Assembly (NCBI GenBank): GCA_963743915.1
Contig: CAVURN010000003.1
Location: 416,001 to 480,000, forward strand
From: an uncultured Actinomycetota bacterium
GTDB taxonomy: Bacteria; Actinomycetota; Actinomycetes; JAHEKZ01
Direction of reading: 5' to 3'
DNA length: 64,000 nt
The translations under genes were made by a program, and so were the position numbers. The notes under the pieces were generated by a model. It was not told the DNA's origin. It saw only the letters and a program-made list of their open reading frames with translations, and searched no databases. Of this stretch, positions 9,415-20,762 are shown piece by piece; the first letter of the stretch is position 1, and each line of letters opens with the position of its first letter.

Positions 9415-10125
9415 ATGCACATCATCCTGATCCCCGGCTTCTGGCTCGACGGCAGCTCGTGGGACGCGGTCCTGCCCGCGCTTCGCGCGGCGGGCCACCA
9501 GCCGCATCCGCTGACGCTGCCTGGCCTGGAGTCCAAGGATGCCGACCGCTCCGCCATCACCCTGCGCGACCACGTCGATGCGACGGTCGAGGTCATCGAC
9601 TCGCTCGACCCTGCCGACGGCAAGGTGGTGCTGGTCGGTCACTCCGGTGGTGGCGCGGTCGTGCACGCCGCCGTCGATGCGCGTCCCGATCGGGTCGCGA
9701 GAGTCGTCTACACGGCAAGTGAACCGGTCGGACCCGGCGACTGCATCAACGACGGATTCGAATCGGCGAACGGCGAAGTTCCGCTGCCCGACTGGTCAGT
9801 CTTCGACGATGCGGACCTCGTCGGACTGGACGACGAGCTGCGACGGCAGTTCCGCGAGCGCGCGATCCCCATGCCCGTCCACGTCACGAGCGATGCGCAA
9901 CAGCTGTCGGACGAACGGCGGTACGACGTCCCGATCACGGTGGTCTGCTGCGAGTACACCAGCGACATGCTGAAGGAGTGGATGGACAACAAGGAACCGG
10001 GAGCGCTCGAGCTGACCAGGATCCGCGACGTCGAGCTCGTGGACCTGGCGACCGGTCACTGGCCGCAGTTCTCGCGTCCGGAGGATCTCGGTCACGCCAT
10101 CGTCACGGCCATAGCCTCACCGTGA
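9415..10125 (+). CDS. Alpha/beta fold hydrolase
   Basis: IPGFWL oxyanion motif, VLVGHSGG nucleophile elbow, TGHWP; start chosen at ATG 9415, 6 nt after TACTGT. Confidence 0.9.
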   Translation: MHIILIPGFWLDGSSWDAVLPALRAAGHQPHPLTLPGLESKDADRSAITLRDHVDATVEVIDSLDPADGKVVLVGHSGGGAVVHAAVDARPDRVARVVYTASEPVGPGDCINDGFESANGEVPLPDWSVFDDADLVGLDDELRRQFRERAIPMPVHVTSDAQQLSDERRYDVPITVVCCEYTSDMLKEWMDNKEPGALELTRIRDVELVDLATGHWPQFSRPEDLGHAIVTAIASP

Positions 10126-10138
10126 CCCTGGTGCCCTC

Positions 10139-11569
10139 GTGAGCTACGCGGTGTACGTGGGTTCTGGACTCACCGCAGACGGAGTCGGGTACCTGGCCGG
10201 CTACGGCGACGAGCCGTCCAGCCACTGGCTCGAGGTCATGCCGCGTCAGCAGCATCCGACCGGTTCCGTCGTCGAGGTCGGCGTTACCCCGGAGGCTCAG
10301 ATGCCGGGAGAGCGATCCACCATCCCGCAGGTGTCCGAGACCTTTCGGCACCTGCGGGTGAGCTACTCGCAGTTCCTCGGCGTGCCGCCGCCGCTGACGA
10401 ATGGCGGGCTCAACGAGCACGGCGTCGCCGTACGAGACGTGTGGTCGCCGAGCCACCCGCGTCTCGTCGCCATGACGCCGTCCGATCAGCGAGGTCCGAG
10501 CTACAGCGACCTGGCGCGGATCGTCCTCGAGCGCTGTCGCACTGCGCGCGAGGGCGTCGAGCTCATCGGTGACTTGATCAATCGCTATGGCGAGTCGACC
10601 TACGGCGGCAACTCACACCTCATCGCGGACGCCGGCGAGGCCTGGGTGGTCATCGAGTTCGCCGGTGGTGCTGGGCTCTGGGTGGCCGAGCGCCTCGGGC
10701 CGGAGAGCATCCGGGTCAGTCGTCCCGGGTACATCGGCGTCATCCCAGGTGACTTTGCCGGGCACGACGACTTCGCCGGATCGCCGCACCTCATCGACTT
10801 CGCAGTGGATCACGGTTGGTACTCGGCGAGCGAGGGCTCATTCGACGTGAACCGCGTCTACGGGGACGGCAAGGGCCGGTGGCCAGGTGTCACCTGGATC
10901 GAGGACGAGCTGGCGCGGCGGGCGTCAAGGCCGGAGAGAGTCACGCTCGAGGACTTGTTCTGGGCAGTCCGCACCGAGCGGCTCACGTCCGACACCGCGG
11001 GGTACGGCCAGGTCGTCCCGCTGCTGGCGAGTGACGAACCATGGCAGCTGCGTGTCTTGTGGCACTCGGTCGTGGGTCCCGTTGCGGCACCGTTCACACC
11101 GGTCCCCCTTGGAACGACGACAGTCGTGCCTGAGCTGGCACAGCACCGTTACCTCAACCGTGGCGAGAGCGCCGCGTTCGTCAGCAGCGGCCCCGGGGAC
11201 GGCGCTCCGGCCTCAGCGGTGCCCCAGGCCGTCGAGGGCACGCGCTCGGCGGTCGCGGTGCACAAGCGATTGCTGTACCTGCTCGCAGAGCACCACGAGA
11301 TCTTCCTGCACGAGGTCACACCGGTGTGGCGCGCGTTCGAACGACGGGCCGGCGACTCACTGCGCGAGACGCTCCAGATCGCACGCGTGCTGCTTCGTGA
11401 AGGCGAGACTGAGCGTGCTGCGTGGATGCTGACCCGACTGGCGACAGACGAGGCGTTACGCGCGCTCGATCTTGGCGAGGCCATGGTTGCCAGCATGGAC
11501 GCGCGGGCGCGGGTGCTGTTCGGTGTGCGGACCGAGGGTGGTTGGCGCGGGCCGGAGGTGCTCTGGTGA
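10139..11569 (+). CDS. C69 family dipeptidase-like Ntn hydrolase
   Basis: N-terminal YVG..LTADG, GGLNEHGVAV, RIVLERCRTAREGVELIG, IADAGEAWVVIE. Confidence 0.75.
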   Translation: MSYAVYVGSGLTADGVGYLAGYGDEPSSHWLEVMPRQQHPTGSVVEVGVTPEAQMPGERSTIPQVSETFRHLRVSYSQFLGVPPPLTNGGLNEHGVAVRDVWSPSHPRLVAMTPSDQRGPSYSDLARIVLERCRTAREGVELIGDLINRYGESTYGGNSHLIADAGEAWVVIEFAGGAGLWVAERLGPESIRVSRPGYIGVIPGDFAGHDDFAGSPHLIDFAVDHGWYSASEGSFDVNRVYGDGKGRWPGVTWIEDELARRASRPERVTLEDLFWAVRTERLTSDTAGYGQVVPLLASDEPWQLRVLWHSVVGPVAAPFTPVPLGTTTVVPELAQHRYLNRGESAAFVSSGPGDGAPASAVPQAVEGTRSAVAVHKRLLYLLAEHHEIFLHEVTPVWRAFERRAGDSLRETLQIARVLLREGETERAAWMLTRLATDEALRALDLGEAMVASMDARARVLFGVRTEGGWRGPEVLW

Positions 11570-11846
11570 GTCGCTGTCTCAGCTCTTGAGGTACCAGACG
11601 AGAGCCGCGACACCGGCTATCCAGGCCAGACTCACGATGAACGTTCCCAGAAAGCCGCTGCCGCCGCCCGCCAGAACGGCACGTTGCTCCAGGCTTGGCT
11701 CGCGGCGTCGGGCGTCGAAGGTGCGACGCTCGCGTCCGCGACATGGTCCGCGCTGGCATTGCTGACGAACGTGGGGGGAAGGGTCTTTACTGCGCCAAGT
11801 GCGCGAAGACTGTCGGGGCCTGCTTCCACCGTGCCATCATGCTTTG

Positions 11847-12002
11847 GTGCGAAAGTGGATGTCGGCTGCGTGGCGGCGGTGGCTCATGTGGCGCTATCGC
11901 CACAACCAGTCGACCGATGCCCGAACCGACCGTCTCGCTGCCGAGCACATCGACCGTCTGGAGCACGGCATCAAGGACTCTCGGGGTCCGGAGATGATTT
12001 GA
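11847..12002 (+). CDS. Small 51-aa WRY-motif protein (copy C)
   Basis: MRKWMSAAWRRWLMWRYRHNQSTDARTDRLAAEHIDRLEHGIKDSRGPEMI; CATCAT 6 nt before GTG; similar to the ORFs at 34648 and 34890. Confidence 0.65.
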   Translation: MRKWMSAAWRRWLMWRYRHNQSTDARTDRLAAEHIDRLEHGIKDSRGPEMI

Positions 12003-12079
12003 GAGCACCCTTCGACGCCTGCCGCCGGGACCGGTTCGGGCGGGGGGTGCTCGGGCACTCCAGGGAGGGCTGACCCGCT

Positions 12080-12241
12080 GTGGACGATAGACGGACCTGG
12101 GCACTCATCGGGACTATCGCGCTCCTCGTCTGCCTTCTACTCGCCGGGTTCCTGTGGTACCTCGACTCCGTGGGCAGTTCGGGTGGGGAACCAGGCGAGG
12201 GCATGATCCGGTCGGGTCTTCTGCGGTTGGCGAGTCAGTAG
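12080..12241 (+). CDS. Small 53-aa single-TM protein
   Basis: GTG start after GGGAGG; WALIGTIALLVCLLLAGFLWYL hydrophobic helix; TAG overlaps the GTG of the next gene. Confidence 0.5.
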   Translation: MDDRRTWALIGTIALLVCLLLAGFLWYLDSVGSSGGEPGEGMIRSGLLRLASQ

Positions 12242-14055
12242 TGGCACGTCTCCGAGCGCCTGAGCTACAAGGACGCGGCTGGCTGAACACCGGCGGCCGC
12301 CTGCTCAGTCTCTCCGAGCTCCGCGGCCGCTTCGTGCTCCTCGACTTCTGGACGTTCTGCTGTGCGAACTGCCTGCACGTCATCGATGAGCTGCGCCCAC
12401 TCGAGCACAAGTTCGCGGACGCGTTGACGGTCATCGGCGTCCACTCGCCGAAGTTCGAGTACGAGGCGGACGCCGCCGCGCTCGCCGCGGCGGTCGAACG
12501 CTACGAGGTGCACCACCCCGTGCTGGACGACCCTGACCTGATCACCTGGAAGCAGTACGGTGCGCGCGCCTGGCCAACGCTGGTGCTGATCGACCCGGAG
12601 GGCTACATCGTCGCCCAGCTCTCGGGTGAAGGGCATGCGCATGCGCTCGAGGCGCTGCTCGTCGAGCTGGTCGACCTGCATGCCGGACGCGGCACGCTCC
12701 ACGCCGGAGACGGACCGTACGTGCCACCGACGCCGGAGCCATCCACCCTGAGATTCCCCGCCAAGGCCCTCCGTCTGCACGACGGCACCCTTCTCGTCGC
12801 AGATGCCAGTCACCACTCTGTCGCCCATCTCGCAAACGACGGCGAGACACTCATCCGCCGCATCGGCAGCGGCGAGCGGGGCCTCGAGGACGGTCCGCCC
12901 GGGCAGGCACAGTTCAGCGAGCCCAACGGACTCTGCCTTCTGCCCCACGACACCGCCGTCACGGTCGGGTACGACGTCGTGGTGGCGGACACCGTCAACC
13001 ATGTGCTCCGTGGTGTGCGGCTCGACGACGGTCAGGTCACCACCGTTGCGGGCACCGGCGTCCAGTGGATGCAGGGCGATCCGCTGCCGGATTCCGCCGA
13101 TCCACGGACGCCGCTCAGCTCCCCGTGGGATGTCGTCTGGCACGACTCGTGGGGTGCGGTCGCTGTCGCGATGGCAGGCATCCATCAGATCTGGTCGTTC
13201 GACCCAGTGGCCCCGTCGCTCAGTGTGCGAGCCGGCACCACCCAGGAGGGACTCCTCGACGGTGAGATCGGCGACGCATGGTTCGCCCAGCCGTCCGGCT
13301 TGGCCACCGACGGTGATGCACTGTGGTTGGTCGACTCAGAGACGTCCAGTCTGCGCCGCATCCGCAACGGGGTCGTGCACACCGAGATCGGCACCGGGCT
13401 CTTCGACTTCGGTTTCGTCGACGGCGCTGCTGCTGACGCGATGCTCCAACATCCACTCGGCGTGCTGGTTCTGCCGAACGGATCGGTCCTGGTTGCCGAC
13501 ACCTACAACGGAGCCGTTCGACGCTTCGACCCAAACGCACGCACGGTGTCCACGCTCGCCAAGGACTTCACCGAGCCGTCGGGCCTGCTGCTCGACGGTG
13601 AGACGCTGATCGTCGTGGAGTCGGGCGCCCACCGGCTCACCCGCATCCCGCTCGCACAGGAGGTGCTGCAGGTGTCCGGCGACCGCCTGCGCACCCAGCG
13701 TCCGCCGACGCCGCTGCGGCCGGGACGCCTGACGCTGTCGGTGGCGTTCACGCCGCCACCAGGTCAGAAGCTGGACGACCGCTACGGGCCGTCCACCCAT
13801 CTGGTGGTCAGCAGCACTCCGTCCGGAGCTGCTCTCCGACGGTGCCGGCACCGGCACCGACCTCACGCGCACCGCTCACGCTGTCGGACGCCGTGACGTC
13901 CGGCGTGCTCCACGTGTCGGCGCGGGCGGCGTCCTGCGACGACGGTGACGCCGAGTTCCCCGCCTGCCACGTGCACCAGCAGGACTGGGGCGTGCCGGTC
14001 GAGGTGGACGCGGCGGGGGCGTCCGAGCTGACCCTGCCCGCTCGCCGCCCACTGA
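12241..14055 (+). CDS. NHL-repeat thioredoxin-domain protein (NHLRC2/SOQ1-like), frameshifted near the 3' end
   Basis: LDFWTFCCANCLH, GVHSPKF, AWPTLVLIDPEG; NHL repeats (FAQPSGL, LQHPLGV, VADTYN); C-terminal AASCD...ACHVHQQDWGVPV in a shifted frame; end approximate. Confidence 0.88.
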
Positions 14056-14062
14056 CCGGACA

Positions 14063-14116
14063 CGCGACAACGTGTGAGCCGGGCGCCTATGACGCCCGAG
14101 ACTACACGTTGCGGTG
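14063..14116. terminator. Imperfect hairpin between convergent genes
   Basis: CAACGTGT...ACACGTTG arms with inner CGGGCG/CGCCCG. Confidence 0.45.
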
Positions 14117-14117
14117 A

Positions 14118-16314
14118 CTAGAGGGTGATGCGGCGCATGCCCTCCGTCCGACCTCCAGCGTCAGCAGCTCGTCCTCGAGGGTCGGCTCGCTCGACCGGGA
14201 GCGCCTCGGCACCGTGCAGCTCGACGTGCGGCAGGACGCGGTCCAGCCAGCTCGGCAGCCACCAGGCCCGCTCCCCCAGCAGTGCCATGCTCGCGGGGAG
14301 CAGCACCATCCGGACGACCGTGGCGTCGACGAGGATCGCCGTCGCCAGCGCGATGCCGATCATCTTGATCTCGACCAGCGGGTCGGCCGCGAACCCGGCG
14401 AACACGGCGACCATGATGGCGGCCGCGCTGGTGACGACCTTGGCCGTCGAGCCGAGCCCACCGAGCACTGCTCGCTGCGCGTCACGTCCACGCGTCCACT
14501 CCTCGCGGATGCGGGACATGATGAACACCTCGTAGTCCATCGACAGGCCGAACAGGATCGCGAAGGTGATCACCGGCAGGTACGCCGGGATCGGTGCACC
14601 GGCGGGGACGCCGAGCAGCTCCGAGCCCCAGCCCCAGGTGAAGATCGCGGTGAGCACGCCCATCGCCGCACCGAGCGACAGCAGGTTCATCACCGCGGCC
14701 TTCACCGGCACCGCCACGGAACGGAACGCGACGAGCAGCAGCAGCATCGACGTCAGCACGACGGCTGCTGACGACCCAGGGGAAGCGCTCCTGCATCCGG
14801 TCGCTGAAGTCGTCGTTGATCGCGACCGCTCCGGTGATCTCGACGCCGTCGGGCAGCTCGGCGCGCAGTCGGTCGAGCAGCTCGCCGGTCGCCTCGTCCT
14901 GTGCGCCCTGCGTCGGGGTGACGTTGACGACCGCCACTGCACGGTCCTGCGAGACCAGCGCCGGCGCCACCGAGGCGACGGCGTCGTCCTGCGCCACCTG
15001 CGCAGCGACCGACTCGAGCTCGGACGCCGGCACCTGCGCGGTGTCCGCGACCAGCAGGAACGGGCTCATGCTGCCCTCACCGAACGCGTCGACCATCAGG
15101 TCGTGCGCCTGGCGGACCGTGGTGTCCTCGCCGGCGGTGCTGGCGTCCGGCTGGCCGGTCCGCATCGCCAACGCGGGTGCACCGAGCGCGACGAGCAGCA
15201 CGGCGGCACCCACGCCCCAGATCACCGGACGCCGTCCGACGACCGTCGCCCACCGCACGGCGAGCGGCTCGCGGGCGGTGCGACCTGCACCCGCAGGGTG
15301 CAGCACCTGGCCGGTGGCGATCGCGCGACGCTCACGGCGTCCGAACACCCGCAGCTTGGCCAGCCCCATCAGCGCGGGGACGAGCGTGACCGCAGCGACC
15401 ATCGAGACCGCCACGACCATGCCGGGGGCTGCGCCGAGCGTCACCAGGTTCGGGACGCCGCACAGCGCCAGACCGGCGAGCGAGATGATCACTGCGGTAC
15501 CGGCGAAGAGCACCGCCTGGCCGGCGGTCGCGGTGGCGTCCGCTGCGGCGTCAGGCACGGACCGACCGGCCCGCAGACCCTCGCGGTGCCTCGTGAGCAC
15601 GAAGAGGGCGTAGTCGATGCCGACGCCGAGGCCGACCATGGTGGCGAGCGTCGGAGCGACCGAGCTCACCTGCGTGGCACCGGCGAGCACGGCGATGGCC
15701 GCCGAGCCGATGCCCAGCCCGATCAGCGCGGTCGCGAGCGGCAGTCCGGCGGCGACGATCGACCCGAAGGCGATCAGCAGGATCACGAGCGCGACCGCGA
15801 TGCCGATCAGCTCGGCGGTGCCCTCGATCTCCTGCGCCGCCTCGGTGACCCAGCCGCCGTACTCGACGCGGACGCCGGTGCCGTCGGTCGCGTCCGCGGT
15901 GGCCTGCTCGAGGTCGGCGAAGCCGGCTGCCTCGGTGACCTCGGTGATGGGCAGGTCGTACTGGACGCCGAGCGCGACGGTCGTGCCGTCCGGAGCCGCG
16001 GCGGGGGTCACGGCGCTCACGTGGTCCAGGCCGGCATAGGTCATCGGTGAGGTCCGCGACCAGCGACTGCGGGACGCCCGCCTCGTCGTGCAGCACGACG
16101 GTGGCGGTGGCGCCGGACAGCTCCGGCATGTGGGCGTCCAACAGCTCCTGGGCCTTGCCGGACGACGTACCGGGCATCGTGTAGTCGTCGTCGAACGACC
16201 GCCGATCGCACCGGCGGTGGCGAAGGCAAGGACAGCGGCGACGACCCAGAGGCCGATCATCCGCCAGGGGTGGGTGGCCGACCATCGACCGAGGTGGTGG
16301 AGCAGGCGAGACAT
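14118..16314 (-). CDS. MMPL family (RND-like) transporter, frameshifted
   Basis: GLGVGIDYALFVLTRHRE and ILFGLSMDYEVFIMSRIREE; two TM repeats; ATG at 16314 after AGGAAGGA. Confidence 0.92.
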
Positions 16315-16396
16315 CGTGGGGGTCCTTCCTTGTGGGCTTCCCATTCGCTGGGGCCGGCGGTCTGTCGACCCGGTGCCCCACCGTGGCCCCGACCCG

Positions 16397-16430
16397 CTGG
16401 AAGCCGGCTTGGAGCCGGCTTGGAGGGGCT
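16397..16430. promoter_or_regulatory. Triple ~11-bp-period direct repeat (TTGGAG-N5), SARP-type operator upstream of the MMPL gene
   Basis: CTGGAAGCCGGC TTGGAGCCGGC TTGGAGGGGCT; minus-strand -10-like CACGGT at 16380-16385. Confidence 0.7.
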
Positions 16431-16480
16431 ACCCTGCGGGCCTGTGAACGAGCTCCCGGCGTGACGCGGCAGACGCCTCG

Positions 16481-19400
16481 GTGAGCGTCGCGGTCCTCGG
16501 CGTCACCGAGGCGTGCGACGCCAGGGGCGCGCCGATCGACGTCGGTACGCCCAAGCAGCGAGCCCTGCTGGCCGCGCTCGCCCTGCAGCGGGGCCGCTCG
16601 GTCTCGGTGGGGGCGCTGGAGGAGATCCTCTGGGGTGAGGAGCCGCCCGCCGCGGTGGCGGCGTCCCTGCAGGCCTATGTCTCGGGGCTGCGCAAGGCGC
16701 TGGAGCCGGATCGACCCCCACGTACCCCGGCGCGGGTCGTGGTCACCGCGGTCCCCGGCTATGCGCTGCGCGTACCCGCCGAGGCACTGGACGCCGAGCG
16801 CTTCACCGCGACCGTCACCGACGTCCACCGGGGCCTGACTCCGGACGCCGGGTTCGACGGCTCGGTGCTGGCGTCCGCGGACGAGGGGACGCTGGCGCGC
16901 CACCGCGCGGCGCTCGAGCAGGTGCTGGCGCTCTGGCGGGGCGAGCCGCTATGCCGACCTCGGTGACGCACCGGCAGCCGTCGCCGAGCGAGCACGGCTG
17001 GACGACCTGCGGCTGGTGGCGCTGCTCGACCTCGCGAGCATCCGGCTGGCGCAGGGCGAGCACGCCGCCCTGGCCGGTGAGCTCGCCCCGCTGCGTCACG
17101 AGTTCCCGCTGCACGAGGGGGTGGCCCTCCGGCAGGTCGTCGCCGAGTACCGGTGCGGGCGGCAGGCGGATGCGCTGGCCACGCTGAGGGCGGTGCGCGA
17201 CGAGCTCGGCGAGACGCTGGGCGTCGACCCGGGGCCGGCCCTGCAGGCGCTCGAGCTCGCGGTGCTGCGGCAGGACCCCGCCCTCGACTGGTTCCCCCCG
17301 AGCGCAGCGACGCGAGGACGCAGGGGTCACCCGCGCCGAGCCTGCTCCGGCCGCTCCCGTCGACTTGGGGTCGCTGCAGACCGGCGACCCGCGTCTGTGG
17401 CCCGTCGTGGGACGTGAGTCCGAGCTGGCGGCGCTGAACGCCCAGCTGGACGCGGCGTCCTCCAGCCACACCGGGTTCGCCCTGTTGGTCGGTGAGCCCG
17501 GCATCGGCAAGACCCGGCTGGTCGAAGAGGTGATGGCCCGAGCGCGCGTCCGTGGTTTCGTCGCGCTGGGTGGTCGCTGCTCCGAGGACGAGGGCGCGCC
17601 ACCGCTGTGGCCGTGGCGCAGCATCCTCGCGTCGCTGCACGCGCAGCTGCCGGCCGACACCTGGAGCGAGGTCATCGCGCCGTATGCCGCGCACCTGGCC
17701 GACCTGCTGCCGCCGGAAGCCCTGCTCGACCTCGGCCCGCTGGCCGACGTGTCCGGCGAGGGCGAGGCCGAGCAGCGCTTCCGGGTGTGGGACGCCGTCA
17801 GCGGTCTGCTGACGTCGGTGGCCGCACGCCGACCGGTGCTGGTGGTGCTGGACGACCTGCACTGGGCGGACACGTCGTCGCTGCGCCTGCTTCGCCACCT
17901 TGCGCAGTCGGTGCCCGAGACCGCCCTCCTGGTCGTGGGGACGCGTCGGCCCAACCCCGAGCCCGAGGGGGCACTTGCCGAGGTCGGGGAGGCAGTGGCG
18001 CGACGTCACGGCCTGCGGCTCGACCTCGTCGGGCTGGAAGCCGCCGATGTGGTCCAGCTGGTGGAGGCGGCAGGCGGCCAGACCCCCTCAGCGGAACGCG
18101 CCGAACAGCTGCGCGCGCGTACCGACGGCAACCCGTTCTTCGTCGTCGAGCTGGTGCGGTGGCAGGGGTCGGGCACAGCCGGGCAGGAGGTGCCGACGTT
18201 GGTCTCCGACGTCGTCGCCCGCCGCATCGACCAGCTCCCCTCGGCCACCCGGCAGGTGATTCGCAGCGCGGCGGTGCTCGGACGGACGTTCGACCTGGAC
18301 GTGCTGGCGCAGCTGCGGGACGAGGATGAGGACGAGGTCCTGGACGAGCTCGACCCGGCCCTCGCCGCGGGCATCGTGTTCGAGTCGCGCACCCAGGTGG
18401 GCCAGTTCCGGTTTCGCGCACGCTCTGGTGCAGGAGGCCGTCTACCACGGGATGAGCGCCGTGCGGCGCGCGCGTCGTCACGCCGAGGCGGCGCAGGTGC
18501 TGGCCGACCACCCCGCGGAGGCGGCGCACCACTGGCTCGCTGCCGGTCCGTCTCACGCCGGCAATGCGTGGCGCGCGGCGTCACTGGCGGCCGAGGAGGC
18601 CCGGCGGGTCTTCGGCCACGAGGAGGTGGCGCGGCTGCTCGGCGCCGCGCTGCAGGCACAGCGCGACGACCCGACGGCGACGCCCGCGGAGCGGTACGAG
18701 CTGCTGATGCGGAGGGGGGACGCGTGCCGCTGGGCCGCTGACGTGCGTGGGTTGGACGCCTGCCTCGCCGAGGCGATCGAGGTCGCCCGGTCGATGGGTG
18801 ACTACGAACGCGTGGCGCGGGCGGCGGTCGGGACCACCGAAGGCTCGTTGTGGTCGACCCGCGACTACGGCGTGGTCGAGCCCGAGCTGGTGGACGCGCT
18901 CGACGCCGTCCTGCGCGAGCTGCCGGCCGGCGACGGCGAGCTGCGCTGCCGCGCGATGCTCTCGTTGGCCAGCGAGCTGTTCTACGCCAACGAGCCGGAG
19001 CGCAGCGAGGCCCTCATCGACGAGGGGTTGGCGATGGCGCGCCGGCTCGACGACCCGCGGCTGGCCCTGTGGGCGCTGCAGACTGCTTTCGTCGCGCGTT
19101 GGCGTTCCCGCTTCGCCGAGCAGCGACTGGTACTGGCCGATGAGGCCGTCCGGCTGGCTGAGCGCCTCGAGGACGAGACCGCGGAGGCCATGGTGCGCAC
19201 GCTCCGCGCGGCGTCGGCCCAGGAGCTGGGTGACATCGACCTGATGCGCGCGGACATGGCCCGCGTACGCGCGATCGCCGGACCGCGACGGTTGGCGTTC
19301 CCGCTGCTGCTCCTCGGGTGGATGGAGGTGCCGTGGTTGGCGATGGCCGGCGAGTTCGACGCCGCCGAGGAGCTCTTCGCCCGCACCGTGGCGATCAACG

Positions 19401-19939
19401 AGACCACGACGGTCCGTCAGCGGCCCGAGGTGGTGTTCGGCGCGCTGCTGTCGCATGCGGTACTGGCAGGGACGCACCGACGAGCTGCTGCCGATGATCG
19501 ACGCGATGGCGGGCAGCCCCATGAAGGTCATCGGTCTGACGAAGGTCTTTCTGCTCGTGCATGCCGATCGGGTCGACGAGGCGCGCGTCGCGGCGTCCGA
19601 GCAGCACGTCGACCCTGCGACCTTCCCGATCAGCGATGACTGGCTGACGCTGGTGACGCTGTACCAGGTGGCCCGCATCGCGGTGGCGTTCGAGGACAGG
19701 GTCGCGTGCAGCCGGGCCTACGAGCAGCTGTCGCCGTTCGCAGGACACGTGGTGTCCGCGGGGTCTGCGGCCGCGATCGGCACCGTGAACGGCACCCTGG
19801 CGCTGCTGGCTGCTGCACTCGGCGAGCGCGATCTCGCCACCACGCACGCCGACCAGGCAGCTGCCCAGCTGAAGACGTGGGGAGTCCCGTCGGGGCGAGG
19901 CAGAGCTGGCGCAGTGGCGAGAGCGCTACGAGCTTCTGA
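16481..19939 (+). CDS. AfsR/SARP-family regulator: wHTH + BTAD + AAA ATPase + TPR-like region (multiple frameshifts)
   Basis: GTPKQRALLAAL, LQAYVSGLRKAL, LWRGEP, LGVDPGPAL, VGRESEL, GEPGIGKT, LDDLHWAD, GNPFFV spread over consecutive frames; end approximate. Confidence 0.88.
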
Positions 19940-19950
19940 GCCTGCACGGG

Positions 19951-20673
19951 TCAGGCGTACCGGAAGGCGCGGTGCTCCTTTTGCTCGAACGAGCGCCGGA
20001 ACACCCGTCCGACGCCGAGCAGCATCGGCCCGCCGAACGCCTTGACGCGCGGCATGGCGTAGGTCGGCATCTCGTGGAGCACCCACGGGACGAGAAAGGC
20101 AAGCTGGGCCGGCTTCGTGCGCTCGGCCTTCTCCATCGCCTCCCAGTCGGCCGGGGTGAGGTAGCGCTGCACGAGCGGCAACGCCGACTGCTCCTCGTGC
20201 GCCATGTGGCGACCGACACTGTCCCTGCCCGCAACCATCCGGACCTCCAGCGCGTGGCGCCCGTCCGCATCAGGGGCGGTCACCATGCGGTCCAGCCCTT
20301 GCGCGATGGCCTCGAGGAGAGGGTCGATCTCGGTGTGCTCAGACGCCATGACACGTAGCACCTCGTGGCCGTCCTCGTCGCCTGCCTCCGCGACCGCCCT
20401 CTGCAGCCGGGGCCAGAGCTCGGCGTCCTCGAGGCCGTGGTGGTTGTGCAAGGTGATGGAGTACTTCGCCCATCGGTCACGCAGTGCCGTCCACGTGTCC
20501 CCGTCGTCGCGAGGCGTGCGGGTGACAGCCTGGACGAACCGGGCGAGGTCGCGACGGAAGGCGAAGTGCATGAGGAACATGCCGATCATGTCGACCGGTC
20601 CCTCGGGCGCAGCGGTCTGCCCGGGCAGGGTGATCTGCGTGACATTGGGCTGGTGTGCGCTGTCGCGGGTCAT
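19951..20673 (-). CDS. Hemerythrin/HHE domain protein
   Basis: MHFAFRRDL, LHNHHGLEDAELWP, MASEH, HMAHEEQSALP. Confidence 0.9.
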   Translation of the reverse strand: MTRDSAHQPNVTQITLPGQTAAPEGPVDMIGMFLMHFAFRRDLARFVQAVTRTPRDDGDTWTALRDRWAKYSITLHNHHGLEDAELWPRLQRAVAEAGDEDGHEVLRVMASEHTEIDPLLEAIAQGLDRMVTAPDADGRHALEVRMVAGRDSVGRHMAHEEQSALPLVQRYLTPADWEAMEKAERTKPAQLAFLVPWVLHEMPTYAMPRVKAFGGPMLLGVGRVFRRSFEQKEHRAFRYA

Positions 20674-20731
20674 CGGGACTCCCTCGGGACTGACCGGGCC
20701 TTCCGGCGAGCAGCAGAATGCCCCACCGGCG

Positions 20732-20762
20732 TTGGAACCCGCTTGGAGTCGGCTTGGCGCGT
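20732..20762. promoter_or_regulatory. Triple 11-bp-period direct repeat, SARP-type operator upstream of the hemerythrin gene
   Basis: TTGGAACCCGC TTGGAGTCGGC TTGGCG; minus-strand -10-like CATTCT at 20715-20720. Confidence 0.7.

Noticed and set aside
16481-19939. Programmed frameshifting or a split SARP regulator
   Set aside because: No consistent slippery sites, and similar indels occur in unrelated genes across the window
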